This document shows, piece by piece, positions 1 through 7,455 of a stretch of DNA of 32,000 nucleotides. The stretch is from an uncultured Opitutales bacterium (GTDB taxonomy: Bacteria > Verrucomicrobiota > Verrucomicrobiia > Opitutales > Intestinicryptomonadaceae), in contig CAKTSY010000005.1 of assembly GCA_934613415.1 (NCBI GenBank), forward strand, positions 90,001-122,000, written 5' to 3'. The position numbers were made by a program, and so were the translations under genes. A model generated the notes under the pieces. The model was given only the letters and a program-made list of their open reading frames with translations, ran no database searches and was not told the DNA's origin. The number at the start of each line of letters is the position of its first letter. Within the stretch, counting starts at the first letter, position 1.

Positions 1-1024
1 TGAGGTCGTTGATTTCGCGAGAGGCGGTGTCTTGCGAGCAGTCGCGGATATTCGCCCATCGCGACGAAGTCATTTTGCCTTCAAAACCGTCTAGCAATCT
101 ATTGATAAGTTTTCGCTGCCCTGAGCTTATATCTACATCAACAACGCTTTGCCAAAATCGGGCTTTAAACATAAGCCTTTCGCTGGTTTTTTCGGCATCA
201 GAAATGGCATTGCATAGCGTATCTAAAAACCACACCAGCCAATTTGTTATGTCCAAACCGCCCTTTTGCGTTTGCTCTATTATGTCGTAGTAGGCTTTCC
301 TGTTTTTCTCTATTTGCTTCGACATACTGTAGAAGCGCAGCTGCGATTTTTCGCATTTTGCCAGCATATACTCCGTAATCGCGCGGGTTATGCGCCCGTT
401 GCCGTCTTCAAACGGGTGCAGCGTTATAAACCATAAATGCGCAATTGCAGCCGAAATTAAGTTTGCCTCTACAGAATTTGCCCAACTTAAAAATTTTGCA
501 ACTTCGGCTGCGATAACTTCGGCTTTGGGGGCTTGGTAGTGTATGGTTTTATGGTTGCCGCGTTCCGAAACAACCTGCATTCGCCCGAATTTATCCGAGC
601 GGAATTTGCCCACTTCTATCTCCGACATTCCGCTCCAACCCGTCGGGAATAACGCCGCGTGCCACGCAAAAAGCCGCTCGTTTGCAAGGGGCTTGTTGAA
701 ATTATCTATGGCGTCAACCATCATTTTAACAACGCCGTCTACATAACGGCTAGGCTCTACCAAAGATTTATAGTTTATATTAAGCCTGCGCGCAACCGAC
801 GAACGCACCTGTTCTAAATTGAGATTTGCCCCCTCTATTTCGGAAGATGTTATAATTTCGGCAGAAAGGCTATTTAATACCTGCTCGTTTTTTATGTCGA
901 AACCAAGTGCATTCATCTTGCCTAGCAATTTGCCCTGTGCAAACACAGCCCTTGAAAGCGCAGGCTGAATATCCCCCGCATTCCAAACAAAATTAGGCCA
1001 ATTTTCGCACTCGTAAATATACAT
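1..1024 (-). CDS. Fic/DOC family protein (class II, AMPylase-type) with DUF4172-like N-terminus; C-terminal end runs off the window
   Basis: Reverse-strand translation from the ATG at 1024-1022 reads MYIYECENWPNFVWNAGDIQ... It contains the canonical Fic motif HPFEDGNGRITR (about 392-418) and the inhibitory motif S-x-x-x-E-G (SSEIEG, 830-847). It is absent from the ORF track because no stop lies inside the window. Confidence 0.9.
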   Translation of the reverse strand, partial: MYIYECENWPNFVWNAGDIQPALSRAVFAQGKLLGKMNALGFDIKNEQVLNSLSAEIITSSEIEGANLNLEQVRSSVARRLNINYKSLVEPSRYVDGVVKMMVDAIDNFNKPLANERLFAWHAALFPTGWSGMSEIEVGKFRSDKFGRMQVVSERGNHKTIHYQAPKAEVIAAEVAKFLSWANSVEANLISAAIAHLWFITLHPFEDGNGRITRAITEYMLAKCEKSQLRFYSMSKQIEKNRKAYYDIIEQTQKGGLDITNWLVWFLDTLCNAISDAEKTSERLMFKARFWQSVVDVDISSGQRKLINRLLDGFEGKMTSSRWANIRDCSQDTASREINDL

Positions 1025-1056
1025 AAGCAATCTTTTATCGACACAATAAAAGCATA

Positions 1057-1148
1057 TTTGCGGAGAAAAACAAGCATTTTATCCGCAAATTTTGCGGAGG
1101 TAACTGGCTGGTTTTCTGTTTTTATTCCGCAAAGCGCAAATTTGCGGC
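1057..1148. promoter_or_regulatory. Cluster of TCCGCAAA/TTTGCGGA half-sites (operator-like) in the fic upstream region
   Basis: TTTGCGGA at 1057-1064 and 1091-1098. TCCGCAAA at 1082-1089 and 1126-1133. TTTGCGGc at 1141-1148. 1082-1098 is a 17-bp palindrome (8-bp arms, 1-nt spacer) and 1135-1146 (CGCAAATTTGCG) is a perfect 12-bp palindrome. The cluster lies between the fic start (1024) and the upstream operon terminator. Confidence 0.35.
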
Positions 1149-1159
1149 GCTATAAAAAC

Positions 1160-1192
1160 AAAAAAAGAGACTGCCAACTTTGTGGCAATCTC
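1160..1192 (-). terminator. Rho-independent terminator of the ior-paaK-ACT operon
   Basis: Hairpin gagactgcca/tggcaatctc (9 of 10 bp paired, 6-nt loop) at 1167-1192. On the minus strand it is followed by a 7-T run (plus-strand A run 1160-1166). It sits about 45 nt downstream of the ACT gene stop. Confidence 0.65.
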
Positions 1193-1237
1193 TATTTGCG
1201 CCTGTGTAAAAGCTATGCAGGCAAAAAGTCGCAAATA

Positions 1238-1624
1238 TTATTTAAACAGCTTTTCGGCAGCCAAAATATCTTCGAACTTTAATATCATTACCGAGCTTTC
1301 GGGCGTTTGGGCGGGCATGGCATAGGCATATTCTATGTTAAGCTTTTGCGCCTGTGCTCGCTCTAATATTTCCAAAAAGCTGCCGGCTTTGTTTGCAACT
1401 TCAATCGAAAGCACGTCTATAAGCTTGCACGATATTTTTGCGTTCGACAATGCCTCTTTTGCCTTTTCGGGGTCGTCCACAATAAGGCGCATAACCCCGA
1501 AGTCTTTTGTTTCGGCAATAGATATGGTTATAAGGTTTACGTTTGCCTGGGCTAGCACCTTGCAAACCCTGATAAGGTGCCCGGGTTGGTTTTCGAGAAA
1601 TACTGATACTTGTTTTAATCTCAT
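1238..1624 (-). CDS. ACT domain-containing protein (small regulatory protein usually linked to paaK/ior genes)
   Basis: 128-aa ORF MRLKQVSVFLENQPGHLIRVCKVLAQANVNLITISIAE.. has an ACT-like beta-alpha-beta-beta-alpha-beta pattern. It lies 12 nt downstream of paaK in the same operon. Confidence 0.8.
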   Translation of the reverse strand: MRLKQVSVFLENQPGHLIRVCKVLAQANVNLITISIAETKDFGVMRLIVDDPEKAKEALSNAKISCKLIDVLSIEVANKAGSFLEILERAQAQKLNIEYAYAMPAQTPESSVMILKFEDILAAEKLFK

Positions 1625-1636
1625 AACGCTAGCCTA

Positions 1637-2968
1637 CTATATTTTTCGGTTGTCGTAAACTCTTTTCGCTTTGCCTTCCGAACGCGGCAGGCTGTGCGGC
1701 TCCATAAGTTTTACGTCTATCCTTATATTTGTTATGGCGGCAATGGCCGCCTGTATTTTTTTGCGAATCGCCTCCATTGCGGCAATGCTGTCGCTATAGC
1801 AATTTTCCTTAAGCTCAAGCTCTACCCTTACAGAGTCTAAGTCTTTAACTCTTTCAAGAACAATTCTATAGTTGGGGCTGCATTCTTCAACCCTCATCAT
1901 TGCAGCTTCTATCTGCGAAGGAAATACATTTACGCCCCTTATTATAAACATATCGTCGCACCTGCGGCCTATGCGGCGTATGCGGCGTATTGTTCTGCCG
2001 CACTCGCACTTTTCGGTGTAAATGCTTGTTATGTCGTGCGTGCGGTAGCGCAAAACCGGCATTGCCCTTTTGCTTAGGGTTGTAAGCACCAACTCGCCCT
2101 CTTCGCCGTCGGGCAAAGGAGTGCCCGTTTCGGGATCTACAATTTCGGGGTAATAGTGGTCCTCAAAAATATGTATGCCGTTGTGGCATTTACATTCGCA
2201 ACCTACGCCCGGGCCCGCAATTTCCGAAAGCCCGTAAATATCGAAAGCCTTAATTGCGGTGTTTGCCTCTATGTATTTGCGCATATTTTCGGACCACGGC
2301 TCCGCGCCGAATATGCCAACTTTAAGGTTTGTTTTCTTTAAGTCTACGCCCATTTTTTGCGCAACTTCTATTATGTGCACAAAATAGCTTGGCGTGCAGC
2401 TTATGGCGGTAGCGCCAAAGTCTTTTATAAGCATTACCTGACGCTCGGTGTTGCCGCCCGAAGCTGGAACAACCGCGCAACCCAACGACTGCGCGCCGCC
2501 GTGCAGCCCCATACCGCCCGTAAATAGCCCGTAGCCGAAACTGTTTTGCAGAATGTCCTTGTTGCTAAGCCCGAAAGTCAACATAGCCCTGCGAACCGTA
2601 CTTTCCCAAACGTTTAAATCGTCTTGAGTATAACCTACAACAATGGGCTTGCCTGTTGTTCCGCTAGAGGCGTGCAACCTTATAACTTCGTCCATACCAA
2701 CGGCAAATAAGCCAAATGGATATGTATCTCTTAAGTCGCTTTTTTGCATAAAGGGAAGTTTCGAAATATCCTTTATGCTTTTAATGTCGCTGGGCTTTAC
2801 GCCCATTTCGTCCATTCTCGAACGTATAAGCTCTACATTTTTATAGGCGTGGGCAACCATTGCAACAAGGCGTTGCGACTGCAGTTGCTCAAGCTGCTGC
2901 CTGGGCAAAAAGTCCAATGCGCTGTCGGGGTGAATGGTTCCGTCTTTATCGTTCCATGCATGTGCCAT
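1637..2968 (-). CDS. paaK: Phenylacetate-CoA ligase family (aryl-acetate/CoA ligase)
   Basis: 443-aa ORF with the adenylate-forming motifs SSGTTGKP, YGLSE and a C-terminal PRSEGKAKRV. Length and N-terminus are typical of PaaK. Its start is adjacent to the iorB stop. Confidence 0.9.
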   Translation of the reverse strand: MAHAWNDKDGTIHPDSALDFLPRQQLEQLQSQRLVAMVAHAYKNVELIRSRMDEMGVKPSDIKSIKDISKLPFMQKSDLRDTYPFGLFAVGMDEVIRLHASSGTTGKPIVVGYTQDDLNVWESTVRRAMLTFGLSNKDILQNSFGYGLFTGGMGLHGGAQSLGCAVVPASGGNTERQVMLIKDFGATAISCTPSYFVHIIEVAQKMGVDLKKTNLKVGIFGAEPWSENMRKYIEANTAIKAFDIYGLSEIAGPGVGCECKCHNGIHIFEDHYYPEIVDPETGTPLPDGEEGELVLTTLSKRAMPVLRYRTHDITSIYTEKCECGRTIRRIRRIGRRCDDMFIIRGVNVFPSQIEAAMMRVEECSPNYRIVLERVKDLDSVRVELELKENCYSDSIAAMEAIRKKIQAAIAAITNIRIDVKLMEPHSLPRSEGKAKRVYDNRKI

Positions 2969-2969
2969 A

Positions 2970-3449
2970 CTATTTAGAATTCCTTCCCAACATAAATGCG
3001 TCTTCGTTAGCCTTCCACAATTTTTCGGGGAAGAACTTCTTTAAAGCCTCAAGCCACTTTTCTACGGGAATACTTGTTAAATGTTTGCTTAATACGCCCA
3101 ACATTGCAACGTTTACCGCCTTTGCCGAAGCAAGCTTGGAAACGTCGAAATCTTCGGGCTTAATAACCAAGCCGCCTTCTACAACTTCGGGAATGTAAAC
3201 GTCCGACCATTCGGGCATCATCGACAAAAGAACGTCTATTTTGCCTTTGGGAATCATCGGGCTAAATACTTTTTTGCCGAAGCGTATGTCGCTGGAAATC
3301 GAGCCGCCTCGTTGAGACATTCCGTGAACTTCGGCCTTTTTTACGTCGTAGCCAAGCTCGAAAAGAATTTCGCTTAAAACCAAAGCGGCCTTTAAAACGC
3401 CCATACCGCCCAAGCCGGCAAGCCTTATGTTTGTAATTTTGTCGTCCAT
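2970..3449 (-). CDS. iorB: Indolepyruvate:ferredoxin oxidoreductase beta subunit
   Basis: 159-aa ORF with the GLGGMGV nucleotide-loop motif of the 2-oxoacid:ferredoxin oxidoreductase gamma-type domain. It lies 1 nt after iorA. Confidence 0.85.
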   Translation of the reverse strand: MDDKITNIRLAGLGGMGVLKAALVLSEILFELGYDVKKAEVHGMSQRGGSISSDIRFGKKVFSPMIPKGKIDVLLSMMPEWSDVYIPEVVEGGLVIKPEDFDVSKLASAKAVNVAMLGVLSKHLTSIPVEKWLEALKKFFPEKLWKANEDAFMLGRNSK

Positions 3450-3450
3450 A

Positions 3451-5040
3451 TTATTTAGCTTTCATTTTAGCCCACTTGGCCATTGCCAAAAGGCAGGGCT
3501 GTTTTAAGACAATAAGGGTTGTTTCGTTTTTGGCTAGGCATTCTGCCAAATAGGCCTTAAAGGCATCGCCCTCTTTTGCGGGGTTAAACGCCGCAACATT
3601 TTGCACGCCAATGCCCTTTGCCACGCTTTGAATGTCTACTTTGTAGCAGGGGGTGCCGTCTAGCTTTCTGCCGGTGCCGGGGTGTTCCTGTTGGCCGGTC
3701 ATTGCGGTTGTAGAGTTGTCTACAACAATAACAACGTGCCCCGTTTTGGGCGTGTTATATACCATCTGCAAAAGACCGGTCAAGCCGCTGTGCATAAAGG
3801 TTGAATCGCCTATTACGCTTACAACTTTTCTTGCCTGCTCTTCGGGCAAAACCTGCCTTAAGCCAAGCCCCATACCAATGCTTGCTCCCATGCAAATTTG
3901 CATATCCATTGCGCTAAGCGGCGGCATTGCCCCCAGTGTGTAGCAGCCTATGTCGCCTGCAACAATGCAACCCATATCCTTTAAAAGCTGAAAACTAAAC
4001 GTATGCGGGCAACCCTTGCACAACTGCGGGGGTTTAGATTTCAATTTAGGCTCGTCGTACGACAAATCGTTTGCCAACTGCGCTTTGGTTTTGTCTACAT
4101 TCAATTCGCCGAAGTGCCATTTAATATTCCTTTGGCGCATATTCTTTATGCCGTAGGCTCTTATTGCGTCGGTCAAATAGGGGTCGCACTCTTCTATTGC
4201 AACAACTTCGTCGTACTTGGCGCAAAATTCCTCTATCTTTTTAAAGGGAAGCGGGTTTGTAAGAGCTATCTTTAAAAAGCCTGCCGTTGGAGCCGCCTCT
4301 CTTGCGTGCATATACGCAATACCCGAAGAAATTATACCCAACTTTTTATCGGGCGAATCTACCTGAACATTAAGAGGCGAATTATTGTTCCATTCCTCTA
4401 TGTTTGCCAACTTTTCGCGAAGGCGATGGTGCGCGGGCTTTGCGTTGCCGGGAACCATAACGCGCATTGCTATGTTGCGCTCGAATTTTGCATCTGGCTT
4501 CGGCGCAATTTCATTTCTATATTCAACGACGCCGTTTGTATGGGCAATTCTTGTTGTGGTTCTTACAATGAAAGGCTGGCCAAACTTTCTGGAAAGCTCG
4601 AATGCAAGTTTTGTAAAGTCGTAGGCTTCCTGCGCCGAAGACGGTTCCAACACGGGCAAGCCGCCAATTTTTGCCAGCGAGCGCGTGTCTTGCTCGTTTT
4701 GGCTCGACGCCATTCCAGGGTCGTCGGCAACAACGGCAACGTAGGCACCCTGAATGCCGCTGTAAGACGCCGTAAAGAAAAGGTCTTGGGCAACGTTAAA
4801 ACCAACGTGCTTCATTGTAACAATTACCGAGCTTTCGGCAAAGGCCACACCTAATGCGGTTTCGGCCGCAACCTTTTCGTTTGGAGCCCACTGGGCGTTG
4901 CCGCCAAGCTCCGAAAACGTTTCCAAAATTTCGGTAGACGGCGTTCCGGGATACCCCACGCCGATAGCGCAACCTGCATGAAGTGCGCCCAAGGCAATAG
5001 CTTCGTTACCGCTTAACAATCTTTTTTCACATTCTGCCAT
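3451..5040 (-). CDS. iorA: Indolepyruvate:ferredoxin oxidoreductase alpha subunit (TPP-dependent)
   Basis: 529-aa ORF with N-terminal LSGNEAIALGA..GYPGTPSTE, the CxGCPH motif (LCKGCPH) and the TPP-binding region GDSTFMHSG. The order iorA-iorB-paaK-ACT is a known conserved cluster. Confidence 0.9.
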   Translation of the reverse strand: MAECEKRLLSGNEAIALGALHAGCAIGVGYPGTPSTEILETFSELGGNAQWAPNEKVAAETALGVAFAESSVIVTMKHVGFNVAQDLFFTASYSGIQGAYVAVVADDPGMASSQNEQDTRSLAKIGGLPVLEPSSAQEAYDFTKLAFELSRKFGQPFIVRTTTRIAHTNGVVEYRNEIAPKPDAKFERNIAMRVMVPGNAKPAHHRLREKLANIEEWNNNSPLNVQVDSPDKKLGIISSGIAYMHAREAAPTAGFLKIALTNPLPFKKIEEFCAKYDEVVAIEECDPYLTDAIRAYGIKNMRQRNIKWHFGELNVDKTKAQLANDLSYDEPKLKSKPPQLCKGCPHTFSFQLLKDMGCIVAGDIGCYTLGAMPPLSAMDMQICMGASIGMGLGLRQVLPEEQARKVVSVIGDSTFMHSGLTGLLQMVYNTPKTGHVVIVVDNSTTAMTGQQEHPGTGRKLDGTPCYKVDIQSVAKGIGVQNVAAFNPAKEGDAFKAYLAECLAKNETTLIVLKQPCLLAMAKWAKMKAK

Positions 5041-5164
5041 AATAAATTATTCCATATTGCCGCCTTATTTGCCGGCTATCAACACAAAAAATATAAAATT
5101 TAAAATTGAAATGCAGTACAAATAGGTTCAATATCCAGCCCATATACAATATATACATAAAGAT

Positions 5165-5824
5165 ATGCAAGAAACTCAAACTCCTGAAATCGCCCAAACT
5201 AACAATAAAAGCTCGTTTTTGCCTATGGCGTTGTCGCTTGTGGCATTGGCGTTAGCTGCTGCCGCCCTATTTTTGGCGGTAAACTCGGCAAAAAAGCTAG
5301 ATAGCGCGCAAGAAGCGCTTACCGTTAAGGCCGACAAGGCAATAGCGGCCTCGGTTGAAGTTTCGAACATAGCCCCCAAGCTTCAAAGCCTGGCAAACCA
5401 GATAAACGAAGTAAGAAGCTCTACAAAAACGGCGTCGAACAAAACGATTAGCGACGTAAAATCGGCTTTGGAATATTATTCAAAACTTATAAACGAAAAT
5501 AGAGCGCTAATTTCCGCCAATCAGGAAGCCCTTAAAACAATAGCTTTGGAATTAAGAGACCGCCCCGCAAAGTCTCAAACAAGGGCAAAAGCGCAAGCAA
5601 GCGAACAGCAAGCAGCCCCCCAGGAACAGCAAAAAACCGAACAAAGCGAACAAAACGCAACCGCTGCAACTTCGGGCGCAAAAACATACAAAATTAAAAG
5701 CGGCGACTATCTCGCAAAGATTGCAAAGAAGTTTAAAGTTTCAATAAAGGCTTTGCAGGACGCCAACCCGGGCATAGAGCCTTCAAAGCTTCAAATCGGG
5801 CAGGAAATTAACATTCCCCAATAA
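5165..5824 (+). CDS. Membrane-anchored LysM (peptidoglycan-binding) domain protein
   Basis: N-terminal TM segment (FLPMALSLVALALAAAALFLAV), a coiled-coil/Q-rich linker, and a C-terminal LysM domain (YKIKSGDYLAKIAKKFKVSIKALQDANPGIEPSKLQIGQEINIP). Confidence 0.8.
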   Translation: MQETQTPEIAQTNNKSSFLPMALSLVALALAAAALFLAVNSAKKLDSAQEALTVKADKAIAASVEVSNIAPKLQSLANQINEVRSSTKTASNKTISDVKSALEYYSKLINENRALISANQEALKTIALELRDRPAKSQTRAKAQASEQQAAPQEQQKTEQSEQNATAATSGAKTYKIKSGDYLAKIAKKFKVSIKALQDANPGIEPSKLQIGQEINIPQ

Positions 5825-5844
5825 TAACATAGCAAACTTGTTTT

Positions 5845-6408
5845 ATGTCTGAAAACTGCGAGCCTAAAAAGTGGAAGCTATTAAGCAAAAAGCTTTTTAG
5901 CGCCTGCAGGGTATTCAACATAAACGAGCTTACTTTTATCCACCCCGACGGCCGCAAAGACAACTTTTACGTTTCAGAAACGAGCGACTGGGTGCAATGC
6001 CTAGCCTTGTGCGAAAACAACACAAAAATTGTTCTTGTTAAGCAATTTAGGTTTGGCACGCAAAACTTTTCGATAGAGCCTTCAGGCGGAATTATAGACA
6101 AGGGCGAAAGCCCCCTGCAAGCCGCCGCGCGCGAGCTTGCCGAAGAAACGGGTTATACTGGCAACATCCCCATGCTTTTGGGTTCGGTTTCGCCAAACCC
6201 TGCAATAATGAGCAATAAAACGCATTTTGTTTTGATAGAAAACTGCAAAAAAACTCTCGAAACAAAATTCGACAAAAACGAGGAAATTGAAACCCTTGTT
6301 TGCAATGTAAACGAGCTAGACAAGCTTATAAAGTCGGGGCAGATTCACCACTGCATATCAATTGCAGCAATTTACTATTTGCAAAAACACCTAAGCGAAT
6401 GCCGTTAA
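5845..6408 (+). CDS. NUDIX hydrolase (ADP-ribose pyrophosphatase-like)
   Basis: Nudix box GGIIDKGESPLQAAARELAEETGY (GX5EX7REUXEEXGU). Confidence 0.85.
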   Translation: MSENCEPKKWKLLSKKLFSACRVFNINELTFIHPDGRKDNFYVSETSDWVQCLALCENNTKIVLVKQFRFGTQNFSIEPSGGIIDKGESPLQAAARELAEETGYTGNIPMLLGSVSPNPAIMSNKTHFVLIENCKKTLETKFDKNEEIETLVCNVNELDKLIKSGQIHHCISIAAIYYLQKHLSECR

Positions 6409-6770
6409 GCAACGATTTAGACGGGCTTTTAAGCGAATTTCGCTGTATGCCCTATTTTGGAAGTAAAGCAAAAGCACACTTTACAAAAGGACAAGCAGAA
6501 CCCCTAAACGACATTGTAGCCAGCGTTTTCGAAACCCTTAAAATAGGGCAAAAAACACCCCAACAGGTAATTTTGGAAAACTGGGAAAATATTGTATACG
6601 GCAACCTTGCAACCCTTAGCAGCCCCGCCCTTATTAGGGGCAATGCCCTATACATACGCACCGAAAACCCCATTGTGCGCCAAAACCTAAGTTTCGACCG
6701 CAGGGAAATTCTAAAAAACATAAATTCGCTAGACTGCTGCGAAAACATCAAGGAAATCAGGTTTATGTAG
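6399..6770 (+). CDS. DUF721-family protein
   Basis: The ORF-track entry 6300..6770 overlaps the Nudix gene. The internal ATG at 6399 (MPLSNDLDG...) gives a 10-nt overlap typical of coupling. The ..ILENWENIVYGNLATLSSPALIRGNALYIRTENPIVRQNL.. pattern matches DUF721. Confidence 0.6.
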   Translation: MPLSNDLDGLLSEFRCMPYFGSKAKAHFTKGQAEPLNDIVASVFETLKIGQKTPQQVILENWENIVYGNLATLSSPALIRGNALYIRTENPIVRQNLSFDRREILKNINSLDCCENIKEIRFM

Positions 6771-6975
6771 CGGCAAATGTTGCTCGCTAAATGAACTGCC
6801 CCAGCCTGCCACACTACTGACAAGAGTATAAGATTTACCAGAAAATCAAGTCTGTGTTTTATACTAAACACACAAAAATACCGCAAAATAGAAATTCTGA
6901 TTTATTTACAACTTTCTGCAATACAATGAAATCATAATATAATAAATATGACTTGACAAACAATAAATCATTTCT

Positions 6976-7434
6976 ATGCTTGCTTCCGTTATGAAAGCTC
7001 TATTGAAGTTCCTCCTTGTAATGGTTATTTCGTTTACTTCGGTATCTGCTCAACAACTAGATTTTATTCAGAATAAAAATTCGGCTGGGAAAGCTTCGCT
7101 TACCTCCGATGCTTATTATTCTAATTTTGTATTAGGTACGGCAAACTTCTCTCCTGAACTACGTTTGCCTGTCCAGATATTTTATGATTCTTCCGTAAAA
7201 GAAGAAGGTCTCGCAGGATTCGGCTGGAAAATCCCCCAACTTGAAAGTTCGGCAACTCCAAACGAACATGGGGCCGTTTGGACTACCCCGTGGGGAGAGA
7301 AAGTATCATTCTATTCGCGTAAAAATACTTCGCGAGATATACTAAATCTCTTTAATGAGAAAGAGCGTGAAAATGCCTACTTTTCGCCTTATGCTGATTG
7401 GACTGCGAACGGGCGCGCCGACAGCGGTTCGTGA
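6976..7434 (+). CDS. N-terminal segment of the Rhs/YD-repeat protein (Sec signal peptide), ended by an in-frame TGA
   Basis: Signal-peptide-like N-terminus MKALLKFLLVMVISFTSVSAQQ. The GFGWKIPQLES motif is typical of the Rhs N-terminal region. Same reading frame as 7456..10761, separated from it by only TGA (7432-7434) plus 7 sense codons. Confidence 0.7.
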   Translation: MLASVMKALLKFLLVMVISFTSVSAQQLDFIQNKNSAGKASLTSDAYYSNFVLGTANFSPELRLPVQIFYDSSVKEEGLAGFGWKIPQLESSATPNEHGAVWTTPWGEKVSFYSRKNTSRDILNLFNEKERENAYFSPYADWTANGRADSGS

Positions 7435-7455
7435 ACATTCTATGGGCGCAAAGAC

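Noticed and set aside
3653-4854. Plus-strand ORFs inside iorA (3653..3943, 4003..4275, 4306..4854, 4385..4624)
   Set aside because: They are antisense shadows of a strongly supported minus-strand gene. Their composition is low-complexity and Arg/Cys-rich, and they have no motifs.
6300-6398. Upstream start for the DUF721 gene that overlaps the Nudix gene by 109 nt
   Set aside because: The internal ATG at 6399 gives a normal short overlap. The upstream part is just the alternate frame of the Nudix C-terminus.
6848-6870. Hairpin tgtgttt-N6-aaacaca downstream of the DUF721 gene as a terminator
   Set aside because: The stem is short (7 bp, AT-rich) and no T run follows on the plus strand.
6452-6886. 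144-aa minus-strand ORF antisense to the DUF721 gene
   Set aside because: It is a shadow frame with no recognisable domain, and it extends into the AT-rich intergenic region.
7432-7434. TGA in the rhs gene as a sense codon (genetic code 4/25) or as selenocysteine
   Set aside because: TGA clearly terminates other genes here: 13357..14268 with an ATGA overlap, 12989..13324, and 15050..16291. Downstream of 7434 I see only a weak 5-bp stem (agaca..tgtct) with a 16-nt loop, which is not a convincing SECIS-like hairpin.
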